Assembly (NCBI GenBank): GCA_052327205.1
Contig: CM126219.1
Coordinates: 67,704,001 to 67,768,000, forward strand
From: Somniosus microcephalus
Taxonomy: Eukaryota
DNA length: 64,000 bases
Reading direction: 5' to 3'
Shown here: piece by piece, positions 58,254 to 64,000 of the stretch
Layout: every line of letters begins with the position of its first letter
Numbering within the stretch: the stretch's first letter is position 1
Program-made: the position numbers and the translations under genes
The notes under the pieces: model-generated
The model's input: the letters and a program-made list of their open reading frames with translations, nothing else
Database searches by the model: none
What the model was told of the DNA's origin: nothing

Positions 58254-60895
58254 CTGGACATACCATGACATAACAAAGAATAATGTCAGGAGGGTACATG
58301 AAGGCTTTCCAGGGGTTGACAATGCCACTGGTCCAAGGCCCCAGGTCTCTCTATTTTTGGGTTTAGACCAGCAGAAAATATTCCTCCAATGTCTTATGAA
58401 TTGGTGGAAAAATGGTGACCTTCTGTTATAGTACCAGATTTCTGCCCCTGGGTATCCCAGTCATACTACAGCACTTATGGTGTCTAGCAGCAGTAATTCG
58501 GTACTGAAACAGTAATATCAGACCTGCAATGGTCCAACAACCTGAATATGTTGGCAGCGTCTGTTTCCAAACCACTACATCCAACTTTTCAACCCCTGAT
58601 TTCCAGATGATTTGTTGGCAAAAAAGTTCTCTTAAAAAGGTCAGTGGTTGCCAAGAAACTTAGTTGTTGAAGACACCAACAGTAAACAATTTGCAGACAC
58701 TGTTCTATTAAAGAAAGGTAGCTTACTCACCAATAGGTATAGTTTCCTTCAATCATGAAAATAAGTTATCCTCCACATACCATGGGAAATATCAAGTGAT
58801 ACAATGGGATAATCACTAGTCATCTGTCCCTTCAAGAGATTTACCCTGGATTATGCAACTTCCCTTCCACACCCAGATATATGCAGGAAACCTCTTTCCA
58901 ATCCCCTCCACCAAAAGTCTGCTTTCACTTAATTTCAAGAAAGGTATGTACATTCCATGGTGTTAAGATATCCAGAACAGGTCAGATCTTTGAGCTTCTT
59001 AAAACCAGGACCATAAAAAGTATCAAAATGGAAAGCTATATACAAAAGTACCCCATTATTGAAGCAAGGTCTGGGTTTGGGGGGAGAAGGGTCAGGGAAG
59101 AGGAGAGAGACAAGGAACAGTATGTAGAGTACAACTTCAAAATAAAATGGAATTTATAAAAAAGAGTAAATAGACTTTTAATTTGTTGTCATCCTCCACA
59201 AACCACGCATACCTCAGAGAAAGCAAGTCAGAAAGACCTTACTAGTTAGATTCTGACAGGCTAACCATCCTGTCAAACTAATATCCCCATTAGCAGCCAA
59301 ATCACAGCATTTGCAGACGGTATGAAGATTATGCCACTGGGGTCCACACTGCAATCCATATTGACTTTTTTTTTTTTTTTGAGTAATAAAGGTAGAATGT
59401 TATGAAGCCACCTAGAATTCAGACACCGCAGTTAGCAGGAATTCAAGAGTTAGCGCAAGCACAGCTGTCCGCTGTCCTCATCCCAACAAAAAGGCACTAA
59501 AACAGGTCGTTCACTCACCCTGCTGGCAGATACTCAAGCCACAAGAATGACAGTTTCCCACATTAGATACTGTCCCATAGCTAATGAATATACAGATCCA
59601 AACCCACACTAGTGCTACTCTTCTCTGCCCCCCATCATAATTTTAGTAAAGTAGATTACCCATTCAACTCCACTAATGGAGTGCAGAGTGCAGATTATAA
59701 TTCTTGTGCATCACAATGGAACAGTGTTCCACACCCTTTTGTAAACACTGCAGGCAACAAGACCTTAGGGACTGCACACATGACGAGCTCTTCTTGGCCT
59801 GCTACCAAAAATGAGAAATCTTTTCTATTCACTCAGTGGTGGATTAACTGAATGCCATATCTGTAACTGTGGATCAGTTAGTTAATGTCATTTTGACTAG
59901 CCAAAGAGTCAGGGAAAGGACAGTACAACATACAAAACATTCCTGCCTGTTGAAAAGCCCGTCTCCTGAAAAGGAGGGGAGGTCCAAGAACAATTAGAAT
60001 TAACCAGATTCCCTTCTCCTTTACCCCAATAACCTAGAATTAGAACACATGTAATCGCTCCACCTGGATGATCGTCTGATGAATTAGAACATGCAGGAAT
60101 TTATCCCCCATCAAAAAGAGACTTTTTTCAGGGAATACGATCAATCAGATTTTGGAGGGCCCTTTTGTAAGGGTACATCATTCACCTGCTTGTGTGTTTG
60201 GCTAGCTACTGGGTTGCCAGCACTGACATCCAATCTCAAAAATCCTGAAGGGGCACCATTCCTCTTGATTTAACAAAATTCAACCACTGCAGTGCTAGCC
60301 ATCCACACAAGACCAACTGACCTTGCAACAGGGTTGAAAATACTCGACACCCAACCAAGACAAACAGAACAAAGAAACCATGGTCTTTCCCTACAAGTTC
60401 CCCAAATGTCATCTTCATCCAGTTGGGGATCCGTGGAGATAGTTGTACCATTAAAAGCCCACCAATAGATCTGTAGCTTTTCTACCACTGACAATCTTAC
60501 ACCAATGTCGTACCCATCCTGGATGATTGAGTGTAATTTAGTCGCAGTGGTCTTAAACCAACATATATGAGACAACCAATATGGTTGTTAGCACTAGCCT
60601 GAGCCCCAGTACTCTTATGGTCTGATGAGCAGGGTTCCACTTCCAAGAATCTGGAATTTCGATTCCAACTTAAAGCAATACCTTCGTTAACTCATTATCT
60701 GACACATGTCCAGGTTTGGTAATAGGTCTGGGCAGTTCTCCTAGTTCCTTTCTCAACTCAGTATGTGTTCTCACTAAGCAGCTATTCACAAATGAGTGAA
60801 CATGACTTCAATTTCTCCTGTTCACTTTATAGCATAGGAATAAAAGTTGACATGAGGTGGGGTGGTGAAAGGAGAAGAGGGGATAAAAAGTGCAT

Positions 60896-60987
60896 GAGAG
60901 AAAGAGAGAAAGAGAGCGAGAGAGAGAGAGAGAGAGAAAAAAAAAGAAAGAGAAAGAAAGAGAGAGAAAGAGAGAGAGAGAAAGAGA
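60896..60987. repeat. Compound (GA)n/(GAAA)n polypurine microsatellite
   Basis: Directly visible. Reads as a (UC)n tract in the CSDE1 pre-mRNA. Confidence 0.95.
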
Positions 60988-63900
60988 CATTTTGATAGAC
61001 CCTCAAAAAAGAGTACCACCATCAAGCTTTCCTTGCTCTGGTACTCTCCGGTCAAATCGATTGCAACATTTACCATGCAATCTCCCTCCCTTTCTCCCCA
61101 CCCAGGTCTCTGGTGGGCCAGTCAGGATGATGACTATGAGGCTACCTTACTATTGTGTCCAGTTGGTGGTCTTTTGCATGACAATTGTGCTTTAGTCTTA
61201 AGCGGGGTTGCCCTCTGAGACAGAGAGCAGCCTCTGTTTCACACAGGGCAAATTTGAGAGGGGGGGGGGGAAAAGAGGAAAGAGAGGCAGAAAGATTGGG
61301 TAGAGAATATCTGTACAAAATAGAAACTAATAAAAAGCTTGGGGCAACTGAAGGGCAATTCAATTGGAAAAATACATTGATTTTTATTTTAATCTGTGCA
61401 TGCCTGTAGAACAGGCAGGCCCAAATGCCAGGACTGTACAGATCCCATGCATCTGCAGACTGTACATCTACACAGCATTCTCAAGAAGAAAGACTGGGTC
61501 TGTAATGTCTAACCCAGTTGGGCCACTAGTATAAGCAATATGCCTAGCACACAGAAAAGGATAAGCAAAACAGAGCTCCCACCCTTGGTTAGGAAGCCCA
61601 TCTGTAAACGTTTTATTACTGACAGCAACAAGCCCTCCATAACGTACAAGCATGGCAGAGTCATATACCTGAATGCTGTGACAGAGTCCCCACAGTTAAT
61701 ATGGTCCAAAAGTCTAATGAATAGCAAATTACTTTGTTTTCAAAGAAGGTGATTGACTGTTTGAGGCACAGCGTTCTTCTCTTCCTGACCTACCCATGTT
61801 TTTCTTACAAATTAAATAAGGAGCATAGACCAGAAATATTGGGCTTGACACTCACCGATTGGGTCATGGAAGAATTTAATCATTGCTTTGGGAATGTCAG
61901 TCGCATAACCACACTCCTCCCGAGCCACCATTAGTTCACAATCAGTGACATCGCAACCACCTAAAAGCGAGAGCTGTTTCCCTGAAGGCGTTTGAATTTC
62001 TAGATACACTTACCTGATGAGATCTTCACTACTGAAGTACAGATTTGCATTCTGGCACAGAATTTATGCCAGCATTTGACCACCACACTGGTTTTCTGTG
62101 CAGATTCTAGGTCTTCCGTTTATTTCCATGGCTATTAGAACTGCCTCCTCTTGAAACAGTAAAAGTTCTAAAAATTCCAAGATTCTCAAATGTGTTTTTT
62201 TTTAATTGAGAAAACTGATTGAAGGGCCAAGGCCTTTAGTGCAGGGCACCCAAAGTTAAAAAAACGTAAAATTAAGTAGTGGTATTAAGGCAGCACCAAG
62301 CTTGAGTTTTTCCAAAAGATTGTAGACACGAGAAAACCGAAGCCAAGAAGTTCCATTCTGCTGTGGTCCCGGAAAGGAATGAATTAGAGCATGATACAGT
62401 GCAATGAGTTTTGATTTCAAAATAGTGAGAATGCAGGAACAGGTGTATGAGGAACAAAACAGGATGATCCAGAGCAGCACGAATTCAGTGCGCATTTCAT
62501 AGGTGAAAGGAACATCACCAAGCAGGAAGGTACTAGAAGAGCTTCTACAGATACAACAGCAAAATTCCAAACTGAGAGTGAAGAGCCCGCTTTGGACAAA
62601 GCGCTGCTTGGTATGAAAAAGAAAACAGCTTCTTGCATTCACCTTGAAGAATGCAACTGTAGTTCTATTTACGATCAGAGAACGACGAGAGATAAGAATG
62701 TGAATAGATGGAGGACTGAGTGGAACCGAAGGGTAAGCAGCTTGTGAATCCAATAAGTTGTGTCTGAAGGACTGAAACTCTCAACATCTTACTGAAGGTT
62801 GTGTACATTGGAAACGAATGGAGAGCACATATAGGGTTGGTGAGTAGAGATCATTCACATGGAGCAGCTGAATAGCTGGAGAGGGGAGAGGGAATGTTCC
62901 CTGGGGAACCAGAGTCGATGGAAAGGTTCAGTGCATCAGTAGATTGTCAATTCTCTGACTTTTCTTTCAACTCAGCCCTGTTCTCACTCCTACTTTGGTC
63001 TTTTAACAGTTGCATTTTATTTTGAAGCTAAACTTTGGGTTAAAGTTAGGGGCTCCATAAAAAAAGTTGATACTCAAACTCACTAAAGAATTTAGCCAAA
63101 GACAAAACAGGGAGGGGGAAAACAATCTTGTCGTACCAAGCATGATTTCACAGGACCAAAACTGGGTGGACAAAATATACAACATGGCAGAGGAGGGGAA
63201 TGGCATGTGATGCAAGACAAAGGAACACTTACCACCCCTCCCCCCATTGTTTCCTTAGATTAGTTGAACTGGTACGCAGACTGATGCTAGTGACACTTAG
63301 CCCATACGTGCAAGAGCAGGAAGAGAAAGTGCAACAGGGTCATTTCTGATGTTGCCACTTCCATAAATGCCATCATCTCCTCTACTTTGCAAGGCTATTT
63401 TTGGACCTTCTGTAGAAGTTTACACAGCCATCACGATTTGAGAGTTTGGAAACAGAGCAGTCACTGGTCAAGGCATGTCACCCTCTAGGTTTCAGAACAT
63501 ATGTAGATCTCAAAGGGCTTGGTACATGTGAAATCCCAGTACAACTGAAGACTACAAAGTCTCAAACTTGGATTAACAGCCAAAGCCCGACACATGACAA
63601 TTACTTTCAGTACCACCACGTGGGAGATGCGGACAAGGTGATCTCTCAAAGGGGCAGGAATTCAAACCTCAACATTCCATGTGGGATTTACTGGTTTAAG
63701 GGGCTACCAATGGTATGTGGAGAACAAAGAATTTAAAGCAGCAACCTTCCCCCACCCCACAGCTTTCGAAAGTGTTAACAGTTTGGGATTTGAAAAAGAT
63801 CAGGCTTGCTGCATGCTTTCATGGTAAAAACTCAAACTGACTTCATCAGTTACTTCAATAGCTATTGAAAAAGTGAAGTTAGATTTATTTTGTAGAGTCA

Positions 63901-64000
63901 GGACTGTAGTTTTACAGAATAGCCACTGTAAACATTTTATGGAGAAAATATACTTATTTACCAAGTTATAAAAAGAAAAAGGATCGTTCACAAGTCACAA

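Noticed and set aside
43590-59225. Other AG|GT or donor-like motifs (43597, 45815, 49041, 58730, 59212)
   Set aside because: Each has weak pyrimidine tracts, a non-YAG acceptor or no partner site. Their frequency is compatible with chance.
60765-61195. R/E/K-rich and L/S/F-rich ORFs
   Set aside because: These are translations of the (GA)n microsatellite.
62256-62753. 165-aa minus-strand ORF and a parallel ~97-codon open frame on the plus strand ending near AGG|GTAAGC
   Set aside because: Non-ATG start, no similarity to CSDE1 or any family I recognise, and no convincing acceptor. Mirror-frame openness is a common artefact.
50360-63850. Possible intronic C/D-box snoRNA motifs (TGATGA...CTGA on the minus strand near 50380 and 63845)
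   Set aside because: Box spacing is too short (under 50 nt) and there is no terminal stem.
63800-63991. ORF with ..IEVTDEVSLSF.., superficially like a CSD DEVEF motif
   Set aside because: Does not match the expected upstream CSDE1 exon (DDVEFEVSSDRRTGKPIA...) and lacks matching splice sites. That exon must lie beyond the window.

Overview
Vertebrate genomic DNA, most likely a cartilaginous fish (shark). I infer this from SacSINE1-like DeuSINEs, abundant CR1/HER1-type LINE fragments, Penelope termini and LF-SINE-like relics. The whole window lies inside one gene on the minus strand, CSDE1 (UNR, cold-shock-domain RNA-binding protein). I mapped 13 internal coding exons by hand (58253 down to 3350). 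All have GT-AG boundaries and consistent phases, and they translate to roughly residues 104-684 of human CSDE1 as I recall that sequence. The first and last exons lie outside the window. The best unexpected signal is a 12-nt in-frame microexon (KKEK, 29224-29235) with neural-microexon hallmarks: a UGC in the polypyrimidine tract and a downstream UGCAUG. Other notable items are a SINE whose tail abuts a splice donor, a five-element nested transposon stack, Penelope termini with target-site duplications (one keeping a hammerhead core), and inverted LINE pairs around exons. There is also a ~14.5-kb transposon-poor zone around the known alternative exon, with RBFOX motifs and candidate poison/recursive splice sites. 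Most ORFs in the supplied track are decayed LINE reverse-transcriptase pieces or spurious. Repeat family names come from memory of consensus sequences, not from a database search, and repeat boundaries are approximate.
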